A stretch of 32,000 bases of DNA from Cereibacter sphaeroides 2.4.1 (GCF_000012905.2 NC_007493.2:60001-92000), one strand, 5' to 3'; positions 1 through 8,936 are shown, counted from the stretch's first letter. Notes: a model not told the origin generated them from the letters alone. Program-made: numbers and translations.

Positions 1-986
1 TGATCAACGTGGGCTCCGCCTTCGTCAACATGCCCGTGCTCGAGGCCTGTCTGGAGACCGGCGCCGCCTACATGGATACGGCGATCCACGAGGATCCGGC
101 GAAGATCTGCGAGACGCCGCCGTGGTACGGCAACTACGAATGGAAGCGGCGCGAGCGCTGCGCCGAGGCGGGTGTCACCGCGATCCTGGGCGTGGGCTTC
201 GACCCGGGGGTGGTGAACGCCTATGCGCGGCTGGCGGCGGACGAGTACCTCGACGAGGTGCGCTCGATCGACATCGTCGACATCAACGCGGGCAGCCACG
301 GGCGCTGGTTCTCGACCAACTTCGATCCGGAGATCAATTTCCGCGAATTCACCGGGACGGTCTATTCCTGGCAGAACGGCGACTGGCAGTCGAACCGCAT
401 GTTCGAGGTGGGGCAGGAGTTCGACCTGCCGGTGGTGGGCAAGCAGCAGGCCTACATGACCGGCCATGACGAGGTCCATTCGCTGGCGGCCAACTATCCG
501 CAGGCGGACGTGCGCTTCTGGATGGGGTTCTCGGACCATTACATCAATGTCTTTACCGTGCTGAAGAATCTCGGGCTTCTGTCCGAGAAGCCGGTCAGGA
601 CCGCCGAGGGGCTCGAGGTCGTGCCGCTGAAGGTGGTGAAGGCCGTGCTGCCCGATCCGTCCTCGCTCGCGCCCGACTATACCGGCAAGACCTGCATCGG
701 CGATATCGTGAAGGGGACGAAGGACGGCCAGCCCGCCGAGGTCTTCATCTACAACGTGGCCGACCATGCCGAGGCCTATGCCGAAGTGGGCTCGCAGGGG
801 ATTTCCTACACCGCGGGCGTGCCGCCGGTGGCGGCGGCGATCCTCGTGGCCGAGGGCACCTGGGATGTGAGGAAGATGGCCAATGTCGAGGAGCTGGATC
901 CGAAGCCCTTCCTCGCGCTGCTGAACCGGATGGGGCTGCCCACGCGGATCAAGGATGCGGCGGGGGATCGGGCGCTCGAGTTCTGA
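1..986 (+). CDS. Saccharopine dehydrogenase family protein, C-terminal ~327 aa (5' end lies outside the window); carboxynorspermidine-dehydrogenase-like
   Basis: The frame of ORF 9..986 stays open to the window edge (..INVGSAF..). Family-typical segments are ETPPWYGNYEWKRR, GVGFDPGVVN and STNFDPEINFREF. GC3 is high. The specific CANSDH assignment comes from remembered similarity only. Confidence 0.8.
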   Translation, partial: INVGSAFVNMPVLEACLETGAAYMDTAIHEDPAKICETPPWYGNYEWKRRERCAEAGVTAILGVGFDPGVVNAYARLAADEYLDEVRSIDIVDINAGSHGRWFSTNFDPEINFREFTGTVYSWQNGDWQSNRMFEVGQEFDLPVVGKQQAYMTGHDEVHSLAANYPQADVRFWMGFSDHYINVFTVLKNLGLLSEKPVRTAEGLEVVPLKVVKAVLPDPSSLAPDYTGKTCIGDIVKGTKDGQPAEVFIYNVADHAEAYAEVGSQGISYTAGVPPVAAAILVAEGTWDVRKMANVEELDPKPFLALLNRMGLPTRIKDAAGDRALEF

Positions 987-1007
987 GCTTTCCCTCATGA
1001 TCGGATC

Positions 1008-1041
1008 GGGCCCGGTCGCTTCGGCGGCGGGCCTTTCTCTT
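1008..1041 (+). terminator. Putative intrinsic terminator after the saccharopine-dehydrogenase-family gene
   Basis: GGGCCCGGTCGC / GCGGCGGGCC stem (one bulge, one G-U) closes a TTCG tetraloop and is followed by TTTCTCTT. It starts 22 nt after the stop at 986. Confidence 0.55.
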
Positions 1042-1050
1042 GGGCAACCC

Positions 1051-1098
1051 GCCGGGGCTCTGCCCCGGACCCCGGGATATTTGGGCAGAGTGAAAGGC
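1051..1098 (+). repeat. Intergenic repeat copy 1: 7-bp GC hairpin (CCGGGGC-TCT-GCCCCGG) plus conserved 21-mer TATTTGGGCAGAGTGAAAGGC
   Basis: The 21-mer at 1078..1098 is identical to 16239..16259. The upstream hairpin is conserved in structure. The element lies between convergent stops at 986 and 1179. Confidence 0.7.
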
Positions 1099-1178
1099 GG
1101 ACGGGCGCGGCGGTCTGCGGTGGCTCAAACGGCTCTCAGCAGGAAGCCTGCGCCCGGGGGGCTCGGACGGCTCGGCAG

Positions 1179-3122
1179 TCAGGCGGTTCTGCGGCGGCGG
1201 ATGGGATCGGCGAGAAGGCGCAGGCCGTTCAGGACCACGAGGACGGTGCCGCCTTCGTGGCCGATGACCGCGAGCGGCAAGGGCAGATCGAGGAAGAGAC
1301 CGGAGAGGACGAGGGTCACCATCGCGCCCATCGCGAAGACGAGGTTCTGGCGGATGATCCGGGCCGTCCGCCGCGACAGCCGGTGCGCAAGGGCGAGCCG
1401 GCCGATGTCCTCGGACAGAAGCGCCACGTCGGCCGCCTGAAGCGCCACTTCGGAGCCCGCGGCCCCCATGGCGATCCCCACATCGGCGCGGGCCAGCGCT
1501 GCGGCATCGTTGACCCCGTCACCCACGAAGGCCACTCTGCCCTGGGCAGCGAGCTCGGCCACGATGCGGACCTTGTCCTCGGGCAGGAGGTCGGCCCGGA
1601 TCTCGTCGGGCCCGATCCCGAGGCCGGCGCCGATCCGGTCGGCCACGGCGCGGCGGTCGCCGGTCAGCATGGCGATGCGCCGGACGCCCGACTGCCGGAG
1701 GGCGGCGATGCCGGGGCCCGCACTGTCTCGCGGCCGGTCGGCCACGGTGAGGGCGCCCAGAAGCCGCGCGCCGCGGCCGAGGAGCACCAGCGTCTCGGCG
1801 CCGCGGTGCAGGGCCGAGACCGAGGCGGAGGGTTCGGCGGGCGTGCTGCGCGCGCCCATCCGCGCGGCCAGTCGGGCATTGCCGGCCCAGATCATGCCCT
1901 CGTCATCCACCCCCACCATGCCTTCGCCGGGCACGGCCCGCGCCTCGCGCACGGGGAAGGGCTGCAGGCCCCGCGCCTCGGCCGCGCGGCGGATCGCATC
2001 GGCGATCGGATGTTCGGAATGGGCCTCGAGCCCCGCGAGACGGGTGAGGAAGGCGTCGCGGTCTCCGTCGCAGGCGATCTCCACCACTTCCTGCCGGCCG
2101 GTGGTCAGGGTGCCGGTCTTGTCGAAGGCGAAGCTCTCGACCCGCGCCAGCGTCTCGAGCGCGGCCCCGCCCTTGAAGAGGACGCCGCCCCGGGCCGCCG
2201 CCGAGAGGGCGGAGAGGATCGCCGCCGGGACCGAGATCACGATGGCGCAGGGGCTCGCGGCCACGAGGAGGGTCGCTGCCCGGTAGAGCGCATCGTCCCA
2301 GGCGCGGCCCGCCCAGAGGAAGCCCAGGAGCGCCAGGATCGAACCCGCCAGAACCGCCACCGTATAGCGCTGGCCGAACCATTCGGAGAAGCGCTCCGAG
2401 GGCGCGCGCGCCGCCTGCGCTTCGGTGACGAGCGCGATCATCCGCGCGACGGTGCTTTCCGCCAGCGGGCGGCGCACCTCGACCTCGAGAACGCCGTGGA
2501 GGTTCACGGTCGCCTCGAAGACGGCGGCACCGCGGCTCTTGGCCACGGGGACGGATTCGCCGGTGATGGTGGATTCGTCGATGGAGCCCTCGCCCTCGAC
2601 CACCACCCCGTCCACCGGGACGCGCGCGCCGGGGCGGAGCACGACGACATCGCCCGGACGCAGATCCTCGACTGCGACCTCCTCGGTGCCTGCTTCCGTG
2701 CGCCGCAGCGTGCGGTCGGGGCGAAGTTCCATCAGCGCCTCGATGGCCCGGCGGGCGCGGCCCATGGCGCGCTGTTCGAGGGTGGTGGAAAAGCTGAAGA
2801 GGGTGAGAAGCACCGCCCCCTCCATCGCGGCCCCCACGGCGGCGGCGGCGAGGGCCGCAATGACCATCAGGAGGTCGATGTCGAGCTCGTGCTCCTGCCA
2901 GAGGGCCTTGAGCGCGCGGATGGCCGCCGGCACCCCGCCTGCGAGGAAGACGAGAAGCAACGCCCCCGCCTCGACGGCGGGCCAGGGGGCTTCGGCCGTC
3001 CCGATCCCCCAGCGCACCACGGCCGCTGCGAACATTCCGACGAGGGTGAGGCCTGTCAGGATCAGGGGCGCGCGGTCGTCGGTCATCGGGCTCATCCGTG
3101 GCTCTGTGGCTGCCACGGACAT
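1179..3122 (-). CDS. Heavy-metal-translocating P-type ATPase, P1B-4 subgroup (Co/Zn/Cd-type exporter, CzcP/CtpD/CoaT-like)
   Basis: Motifs present: ITGESVPV (TGES), DKTGTLT, HSEHPIA, MLTGD and GDGVNDAAALA. SPC sits in the M4 helix (VAASPCAIVISVP) and HEGGTVLVVLNGLRLL in the last helix. There is no N-terminal CxxC domain. The start is ambiguous (ATG at 3122, 3095 or 3086). Confidence 0.9.
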   Translation of the reverse strand: MSVAATEPRMSPMTDDRAPLILTGLTLVGMFAAAVVRWGIGTAEAPWPAVEAGALLLVFLAGGVPAAIRALKALWQEHELDIDLLMVIAALAAAAVGAAMEGAVLLTLFSFSTTLEQRAMGRARRAIEALMELRPDRTLRRTEAGTEEVAVEDLRPGDVVVLRPGARVPVDGVVVEGEGSIDESTITGESVPVAKSRGAAVFEATVNLHGVLEVEVRRPLAESTVARMIALVTEAQAARAPSERFSEWFGQRYTVAVLAGSILALLGFLWAGRAWDDALYRAATLLVAASPCAIVISVPAAILSALSAAARGGVLFKGGAALETLARVESFAFDKTGTLTTGRQEVVEIACDGDRDAFLTRLAGLEAHSEHPIADAIRRAAEARGLQPFPVREARAVPGEGMVGVDDEGMIWAGNARLAARMGARSTPAEPSASVSALHRGAETLVLLGRGARLLGALTVADRPRDSAGPGIAALRQSGVRRIAMLTGDRRAVADRIGAGLGIGPDEIRADLLPEDKVRIVAELAAQGRVAFVGDGVNDAAALARADVGIAMGAAGSEVALQAADVALLSEDIGRLALAHRLSRRTARIIRQNLVFAMGAMVTLVLSGLFLDLPLPLAVIGHEGGTVLVVLNGLRLLADPIRRRRTA

Positions 3123-3158
3123 CGCGCATCGTCCGGCGTCTGTCGCGCGCGAACGACT

Positions 3159-3198
3159 CGCAGGGGGCGAAGCGCGTCAAGTTGCCTCGCCCCCTGCG
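3159..3198 (-). terminator. Perfect 12-bp stem-loop (CGCAGGGGGCGA / TCGCCCCCTGCG, 16-nt loop) between the small ORF and the ATPase; possible terminator or regulatory hairpin
   Basis: The inverted repeat was read directly. On the minus strand it begins 3 nt after the TGA of the 59-aa ORF and is followed by AGUCGUUCG, a weak U tract. It lies about 40-75 nt upstream of the candidate ATPase starts. Confidence 0.4.
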
Positions 3199-3200
3199 TC

Positions 3201-3380
3201 TCAGGGCTTGTTCTGAGGGTCTTCCGGGGTCTGTCCCGGCTGCTTCTGCGATCGGTGAGGCCCGGTCTCGCCCGGATCCTCGCGGTCCTTGCCGGCCGGG
3301 TCGATCTGCTGGTGGCGCTGGTCCACCACGTTGCTGTCGCGCCTGCGGTCGTGCGGCGCCGATTTGCTGTCATCCGTCAT
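3201..3380 (-). CDS. Unlisted small ORF, 59 aa, highly hydrophilic and probably disordered: MTDDSKSAPHDRRRDSNVVDQRHQQIDPAGKDREDPGETGPHRSQKQPGQTPEDPQNKP
   Basis: ATG at 3380 is preceded by GGAAAGGAGGATGCC, a strong Shine-Dalgarno with good spacing. By hand count 51 of 59 codons end in G/C, matching the neighbouring genes. It falls below the apparent 60-aa cutoff of the ORF track. The listed overlapping 93-aa ORF (3092..3373) has poorer GC3, no SD, and runs into the ATPase start. Confidence 0.5.
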   Translation of the reverse strand: MTDDSKSAPHDRRRDSNVVDQRHQQIDPAGKDREDPGETGPHRSQKQPGQTPEDPQNKP

Positions 3381-3406
3381 GGCATCCTCCTTTCCGCGGA
3401 AACCGC

Positions 3407-5026
3407 TCAGACGCTCGTCCGTTCCGCCTCCTCGCGAAAGCGCCGCGTCTCGAGCGCGGCGGCCATGAGCGTCCGGGTGTAGGCCTCCTGCGGACGGTCG
3501 AAGATGTCGGCGGTCTGGCCCTCCTCGACGATGCGGCCCTCCTTCATCACGAGGATATAGTCGGCCAGCGCCCGGACTACGGCGAGGTCGTGGCTGATGA
3601 AGAGGTAGGAGAGCCCGTGCCGCGCCTGCAGGTCGCGCAGCAGGTCCACGATCTGCTTCTGCACCGACCGGTCGAGGGCCGAGGTCGGCTCGTCCAGAAC
3701 AATCACCCTGGGCTTCAGGATCATCGACCGAGCGATGGCGATGCGCTGGCGCTGGCCGCCTGAAAACTCGTGCGGGTAGCGGTTGCGCATCGCGGGGCTG
3801 AGGCCCACCTCGGCCAGCGCCGCGCCCGCGCGGCGGTCGCGCTCGCGGGTGGAAAGGTCCGGCTCGTGGATCTTGAGGCCTTCGGTGATGATCCGCCCCA
3901 CGGTCATCCGCGGCGAGAGCGAGCCGAACGGATCCTGGAAGACGAGCTGCATCCGGCGTCGCAGCGGGCGCATCTCGGCCGCATCGCGGGCGAGCTCGCG
4001 CCCCTCGAAGGTCACAAGGCCCGCCGAGGGCAGGAGCCGCAGGAGCGCGCGCCCGAGGGTGGACTTGCCCGACCCGGATTCGCCCACCACCCCGATGGTC
4101 TGGCCCTGCCGCAGCCGGACCGACACGCCGTCCACGGCGCGCAGCTCGTTCGGCGCCTCGAAGAGGCCGCCGCCGCTCGAGAAGACCACCTCGACGTTGC
4201 GGCCCTCCATCAGCACCGGCGCCGTCTCGGGCGGCGGCGCCTTCGTCCCCTCGGGCTCGGCATCGAGCAGCATCCGCGTGTAGGGATGCGACGGCGCCTC
4301 GAACAGCGCCGCGGTCTCGCCGGTCTCGACCACCTCGCCCGCCTGCATCACATAGACCCGGTCGGCGAAGCGCTGCACGATGCCGAGGTCATGGGTGATG
4401 AAGAGGATCGCCATGCCGAGCCGCTTCTGCAGATCGGCGAGCAGGGTCAGGATCTGCGCCTGAATCGTCACGTCGAGCGCGGTGGTGGGCTCGTCGGCGA
4501 TCAGGATGTCGGGATCGCAGGCGAGCGCCATGGCGATCATCACCCGCTGGCGCTGCCCGCCCGACAGTTCGTGCGGATAGCTGTCGATCCGCCGCTCGGG
4601 CTCGGGGATGCCCACGAGGCGCAAAAGCTCGACGATCCGGGGCCGCGCCTCGCGCTTCGAGAGCCCGCGGTGGAAGCGCAGCGGCTCGGCCAGCTGGTCG
4701 CCGATCCGGTAGAGCGGGTCGAGCGAGGTCATCGGCTCCTGGAAGATCATGGTGATCTTGTCGCCGCGCACCTTGTTCAGCTCGCGCTCGGACAGGCCGA
4801 TAAGCTCGCGCCCGCGGTAGAGGGCCGAGCCGGTGGCCCGGCCGTTCTGCGCCAGAAGCCCCATCAGCGCCATGGTGGTCTGGCTCTTGCCCGAGCCGGA
4901 TTCGCCCACGATGGCCACGGTTTCGCCGGGCATCACCGAGAGGTCGATCCCGCGCACGGCCTGAACCTCGCCGTCATTGGTCTGGAAGGCGACCCGGAGG
5001 CCCTTCACATCGAGAACGGGCTCCAT
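3407..5026 (-). CDS. Peptide ABC transporter ATP-binding protein, fused double ATPase (OppD-OppF fusion, YejF-like)
   Basis: Two Walker A motifs (GESGSGKS twice), two LSGGQRQR signatures and two Walker B motifs ([16 protein letters not shown]). It follows oppC with a 1-nt gap. Confidence 0.92.
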   Translation of the reverse strand: MEPVLDVKGLRVAFQTNDGEVQAVRGIDLSVMPGETVAIVGESGSGKSQTTMALMGLLAQNGRATGSALYRGRELIGLSERELNKVRGDKITMIFQEPMTSLDPLYRIGDQLAEPLRFHRGLSKREARPRIVELLRLVGIPEPERRIDSYPHELSGGQRQRVMIAMALACDPDILIADEPTTALDVTIQAQILTLLADLQKRLGMAILFITHDLGIVQRFADRVYVMQAGEVVETGETAALFEAPSHPYTRMLLDAEPEGTKAPPPETAPVLMEGRNVEVVFSSGGGLFEAPNELRAVDGVSVRLRQGQTIGVVGESGSGKSTLGRALLRLLPSAGLVTFEGRELARDAAEMRPLRRRMQLVFQDPFGSLSPRMTVGRIITEGLKIHEPDLSTRERDRRAGAALAEVGLSPAMRNRYPHEFSGGQRQRIAIARSMILKPRVIVLDEPTSALDRSVQKQIVDLLRDLQARHGLSYLFISHDLAVVRALADYILVMKEGRIVEEGQTADIFDRPQEAYTRTLMAAALETRRFREEAERTSV

Positions 5027-5027
5027 C

Positions 5028-6167
5028 TCAGCGGTCCTTCGGGTCGAGGCTGTCGCGCAATCCGTCGCCGAGGAAGTTCAGCGCGAACAGGATCGCGGTC
5101 AGCGTGAGGGCGGGCCAGATCAGAAGCCACGGCGCGCCGCGCATGTTGGCGGCCCCTTCCGAGATCAGGAGGCCCAGCGAGGTCAGCGGTTCCTGCACAC
5201 CGAGGCCGAGGAACGAGAGCAGGCTCTCGAGCAGGATGGCCTTGGGCACGAGAAGCGTCACGAAGACGATCACCGGCCCGAGCGTGTTCGGCACCACATG
5301 GCGCATGAGGATGCCCGCGCGCGTGGCGCCGAGCGCCTCGGCCGCCTGCACGAATTCCTGCCGCTTGAGGCTGAGGGTCTGGCCGCGCACGATCCGCGCC
5401 ATGTCGAGCCATTCGGTCGCGCCGATGGCGATGAAGATGATGACGAGGTTTCGCCCGAAGAAGACCACGAGCAGGATCACGAAGAAGATGAACGGCAGCG
5501 AATAGAGCACGTCCACGATCCGCATCATCACATTGTCCACCCGCCCGCCGAGATAGCCCGAGATGGCCCCGTAGGTGACGCCCAGCAGAAGCGCCATGGC
5601 CGAGGCCAGCAGGCCGATGGCGAGCGAGATCCGGACGCCGATGAAGATGCGCGACATGAGGTCCCGCCCCACCGCATCGGTGCCGAAGAGGAAATAGAGC
5701 TGCTCCACATCGGCCGAGAGCGTGCCGCTCAACCCGTCGGGCGCGAGGTCGAGCCGCGGATTGATGAAGAGGTCCGAGCGCTGGAAGTAGCGTAGGATAC
5801 GGTCGTCGATGGGGTCCTCGTCCTCGATCCGGACGGAGACGGTGCCGTTCTCCAGCACGGGCGCGCCCTCGATCCGGGCGCGGGCCATGGTGCGCTCGAA
5901 GCTCGGGATCACCACGTCGGCCCGCGGATAGGGCTCGAGGCTGGCCGGGGCGCGCACGAACTGCGGATAGACCCGCGTGTAGTCGTGCGGCGAGAGCATC
6001 GGGCCGAAGATGCCGACGAGACCCAGGAAGGCCAGCACCAGTGCCGAGGCGACGGCGGCGCGGTTCCTGCGCAGCCGGATCCAGGCATCCTGCCAGAGCG
6101 AGCGGCCGACGATGGCTTCGGGCTGGGGCGAGGGCGTGCCCGGTGTGGGAATGGGCATCTCAGTCAT
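5028..6167 (-). CDS. oppC: Oligopeptide ABC transporter permease OppC, with an enlarged first periplasmic loop
   Basis: Close collinear similarity to E. coli OppC as I remember it (GRSLWQDA..RNRAAVAS.., FGTDxxGRDL, GYLGGxVDxVMMR, WLDMARIVRGQTLSLKRxEF, GDGLRDxLDPKDR). It overlaps oppB by 8 nt. Confidence 0.9.
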   Translation of the reverse strand: MTEMPIPTPGTPSPQPEAIVGRSLWQDAWIRLRRNRAAVASALVLAFLGLVGIFGPMLSPHDYTRVYPQFVRAPASLEPYPRADVVIPSFERTMARARIEGAPVLENGTVSVRIEDEDPIDDRILRYFQRSDLFINPRLDLAPDGLSGTLSADVEQLYFLFGTDAVGRDLMSRIFIGVRISLAIGLLASAMALLLGVTYGAISGYLGGRVDNVMMRIVDVLYSLPFIFFVILLVVFFGRNLVIIFIAIGATEWLDMARIVRGQTLSLKRQEFVQAAEALGATRAGILMRHVVPNTLGPVIVFVTLLVPKAILLESLLSFLGLGVQEPLTSLGLLISEGAANMRGAPWLLIWPALTLTAILFALNFLGDGLRDSLDPKDR

Positions 6168-7083
6168 AGCGCACCCGCGGGTCGAGGAGCGTGTAGAGCA
6201 GGTCCACGATCAGGTTGAAGAGCAGGATGAAGAGGGCAATGACCACCACGGTCCCCATCACGAGCGTGTAGTCGCGTCCGAGCGCGCCCTGCACGAAGTA
6301 GCGTCCGATGCCGGGCAGGCCGAAGATCGTCTCGACCACGACCGAGCCGGTCAGGAGACCCGCGGCCGTGGGGCCGAGATAGCTCACCGCCGGCAGCATG
6401 GCCGCGCGCAACGCGTGCTTCACCACCACCGTCCGGGCGGGCAGGCCATAGGCGCGGGCGGTGCGGACATGGTTCGAGCGCAGCGCCTCGATGGTCGCGC
6501 CCCGCACGAGGCGCGCGATCACCGCCACCTGCGGCAGGGCGAGCGTCACCACCGGCAGCACCCAGTAGGTGGGATCGGAGGATGACCAGCCGCCGGCCGG
6601 CAGCCAGCGCAGGATCACCCCGAAGAAGAGGCTCAGAAGCGGGGCCACCACGAAGTTCGGCGTGGTGATGCCGAAGGTCGCGAGCCCCACGATCGTATAG
6701 TCGAGCCAGGAATTCTGCCTCAGCGCGGCGATGGCGCCGAGGATCGTGCCGATCGCCACCGCGAGCGAGATGGCAAGGCCGCCCAGCAGCATCGAGATCG
6801 GCAGGCCGGAGGCGAAGAGGTCGTTCACGGTGAAATCGCGCTTCGTGAACGAAGGGCCGAGGTCGCCCTGCATCAGGTTGCCCATGTAGGTCAGATATTG
6901 CGACCAGAGCGAGCCATCGAGGTTATAGGCCCGCTTGAGGTTCTCCATGATGAGCGGATCGAGCGGCCGTTCGAGGTCGAACGGGCCCCCGGGCGCAAGC
7001 CGGATCATGAAGAAGGTGAGGGTGACGATGATGAAGACGGTCGGGACGGCCGAGGCGAGCCGTCGCAGCGTGTAGCGAAGCAT
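6160..7083 (-). CDS. oppB: Oligopeptide ABC transporter permease OppB
   Basis: 307 aa, typical OppB/DppB length. N-terminus MLRYTLRRL..., the binding-protein-dependent transport EAA-loop region (IEALRSNHVRTARAYGL), and operon position. Confidence 0.9.
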   Translation of the reverse strand: MLRYTLRRLASAVPTVFIIVTLTFFMIRLAPGGPFDLERPLDPLIMENLKRAYNLDGSLWSQYLTYMGNLMQGDLGPSFTKRDFTVNDLFASGLPISMLLGGLAISLAVAIGTILGAIAALRQNSWLDYTIVGLATFGITTPNFVVAPLLSLFFGVILRWLPAGGWSSSDPTYWVLPVVTLALPQVAVIARLVRGATIEALRSNHVRTARAYGLPARTVVVKHALRAAMLPAVSYLGPTAAGLLTGSVVVETIFGLPGIGRYFVQGALGRDYTLVMGTVVVIALFILLFNLIVDLLYTLLDPRVRYD

Positions 7084-7102
7084 GGAACAAGCCCTCGCAA
7101 AG

Positions 7103-7131
7103 GGGGACGCGGATCACGGGACCCGCGCCCC
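7103..7131 (-). promoter_or_regulatory. Intercistronic stem-loop between oppA and oppB
   Basis: On the mRNA strand GGGGCGCGG pairs with CCGCG(U)CCCC (9 bp, one bulge), with loop GUCCCGUGAU. It sits in the 56-nt oppA-oppB gap. Such hairpins commonly stabilise or attenuate binding-protein mRNA segments; the function here is inferred. Confidence 0.4.
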
Positions 7132-7139
7132 GGAACAGG

Positions 7140-8729
7140 TTACTCGGCGAGCGAGAGCCAGCGGGTGAGGTGGACGTCGGGCAGGTTGTCCGCGTAGCCC
7201 TGCACCTTGCCGGACACGAGCGCCCGCGAGGAATAGGTCAGCAGCGGGATCGCCGGCACCTCGTCGAGCAGGATCGTCTCGGCATCGGCCATGATCTGCG
7301 CGCGCTGCCCGAGATCCTGCGTGACGGCCGCCTTGTCCATCAGCGCGTCGTATTCGGCATTCTCCCAGCGCGGATAGTTGAAGGGCACGCCGCCCTCGAA
7401 CAGGAACAGGAAGTTCTGCGGGTCGGAATAGTCGCCGATCCAGCCCGCGCGCACGATGTCGTAGGCGCCGCCTTCCTTCAGGTAGTTGAAGTAGTTCGTG
7501 CCTTCCATCTCGTTCAGCGTCGCGTTGATGCCGATGTTCTTCAGCATGTCGGCGATGGCCGTCATCGTGTTCCGGTGGTTCTCGGACGAGTTGTAGGAGA
7601 GTTGCACGGTGAGGCTGCCCTCGGCCACGCCCGCTTCCTCGAGCAGCGCCTTGGCCTTGTCCTCGCGGTCGAGCAGATCCTCGTCGGCATAGTCGAGCGC
7701 GGGCGGGGTCTCGACATAGTTCGAGATGCCCGGAGGCACCATCGAATAGCCGGGCAGCATCGTTTCCTGCCAGACCTCCTCGGCGATGAAGTCACGATCC
7801 AGCACCATCGAGATCGCCTGCCGCACCCGCTTGTCCTTCAGCGGGCTGCCGTCGGCGCCCTTCACCGGCAGGTAGTAGGTGCCGAGGTAGGGCGCGATAT
7901 GCAGCTCGTCCTTCAGGTTCTCGCGCATGTAGGCCATCTGTTCGGCCGGAACGTCGGTGCACATCTGCACCTCGCCCGCCTCGAAGCGGCGCAGACAGGC
8001 CGAGCGGTCCTCGAAGGGCACCCATTCCACGCGGTCGATGGCCACATTGGCCGCATCGTGGAAATGCTCGTTCTTCTCCATCACGATGCGGTCGTTGGGC
8101 ACGAAGCTGACCAGCTTGTAGGCGCCGTTCGTGACCATCACGCCGGGCTTGGTGAAGTTCGACCCTTCCGCCTCGACGGTCGCCCGGTGCATCGGCAGCG
8201 AGGACTGGTGCGTCAGGAGTTCGAGGAAATAGGGCGTGGGCGCGTTCAGGGTGAACTTCAGCGTGTGCGCGTCCACCGCCTCGACGCCCAGCTCCTCGGG
8301 CTGCTTGGCGCCGGTGGCGACGGCCTCCGCATTGGCGATCGGGTAGAGGATGTTGGCATAGACCGCCGCCGTCGCCGGGGTCATGATGCGCCGCAGGGCA
8401 AAGACGAAATCCTCGGCCACGACGGGATCTCCGTTCGACCACTTCGCATCGTCGCGGAGCTTGAAGGTGTAGGTGAGACCGTCCTCCGAGATCTCCCAGC
8501 TTTCCGCCACGCCGGGCACGACCTTCGCCTGCGCGTCCTGCACCACGAGCCCCTCGTAGAGGTCGTTCATGATCCTGCTCTCGGCGACGGTCGAGGTCAG
8601 GTGATGGTCGAGCGTCGCAGGGTCGGTGTCGTTGCCGCGGACGATGGTCACCTGAGCCGCGGCCATGCCTGCCGTGCCGGCCATCAGCGCCAGCGCGCAG
8701 GCGCCGGCTCGGAGCGAGAAGAGTGTCAT
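7140..8729 (-). CDS. oppA: Periplasmic oligopeptide-binding protein (family-5 solute-binding protein, OppA-like)
   Basis: I chose the ATG at 8729 (MTLFSLRAGACALALMAGTAGMAAAQ is a signal peptide) because AGGAGG lies 7 nt upstream. The listed ORF start at 8822 adds an implausible leader. OppA-like blocks: LTYTFKLRDDAKWSNGDPV..DFVF and VTNGAYKLVSFVPNDRIVMEKN. Confidence 0.88.
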   Translation of the reverse strand: MTLFSLRAGACALALMAGTAGMAAAQVTIVRGNDTDPATLDHHLTSTVAESRIMNDLYEGLVVQDAQAKVVPGVAESWEISEDGLTYTFKLRDDAKWSNGDPVVAEDFVFALRRIMTPATAAVYANILYPIANAEAVATGAKQPEELGVEAVDAHTLKFTLNAPTPYFLELLTHQSSLPMHRATVEAEGSNFTKPGVMVTNGAYKLVSFVPNDRIVMEKNEHFHDAANVAIDRVEWVPFEDRSACLRRFEAGEVQMCTDVPAEQMAYMRENLKDELHIAPYLGTYYLPVKGADGSPLKDKRVRQAISMVLDRDFIAEEVWQETMLPGYSMVPPGISNYVETPPALDYADEDLLDREDKAKALLEEAGVAEGSLTVQLSYNSSENHRNTMTAIADMLKNIGINATLNEMEGTNYFNYLKEGGAYDIVRAGWIGDYSDPQNFLFLFEGGVPFNYPRWENAEYDALMDKAAVTQDLGQRAQIMADAETILLDEVPAIPLLTYSSRALVSGKVQGYADNLPDVHLTRWLSLAE

Positions 8730-8936
8730 GAAAGGATCCTCCTGTTGCCTTCTGGTTGCGCAAATCCTTCCGCACGTTTCGCCGCAGCCGGAAGCCCGTG
8801 TGCCGCGACGGCACCGGTGCATGAGCGATTTCTTGCCGGTTGCGGGCGGAACGGCCGTCGGACGGGGCGGTTCCGTGCGTGCGGCGGCCTGCGCAAAAGT
8901 CTCTGAGGGAGAAGAAGCCTCACCGCGCGCCGGTTG

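Noticed and set aside
3092-3373. Listed 93-aa minus-strand ORF (MTANRRRTTAG...)
   Set aside because: It has poor GC3, no Shine-Dalgarno, and runs across the 12-bp hairpin into the ATPase start. The alternative frame (3201..3380) has a strong SD and gene-like GC3.
1257-3482. 741-aa plus-strand ORF overlapping the P-type ATPase gene and the small-ORF region
   Set aside because: It is antisense to a gene with complete P-type ATPase motifs. The product is low-complexity (G/R/H/A/E/D-rich) and its third-position composition does not fit coding. It is a composition artefact.
8730-8822. 31-aa N-terminal extension of the oppA ORF (listed start 8822)
   Set aside because: The signal peptide begins at the ATG at 8729, which has an AGGAGG Shine-Dalgarno. 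The extension (MHRCRRGTRASGCGETCGR...) is not signal-peptide-like.
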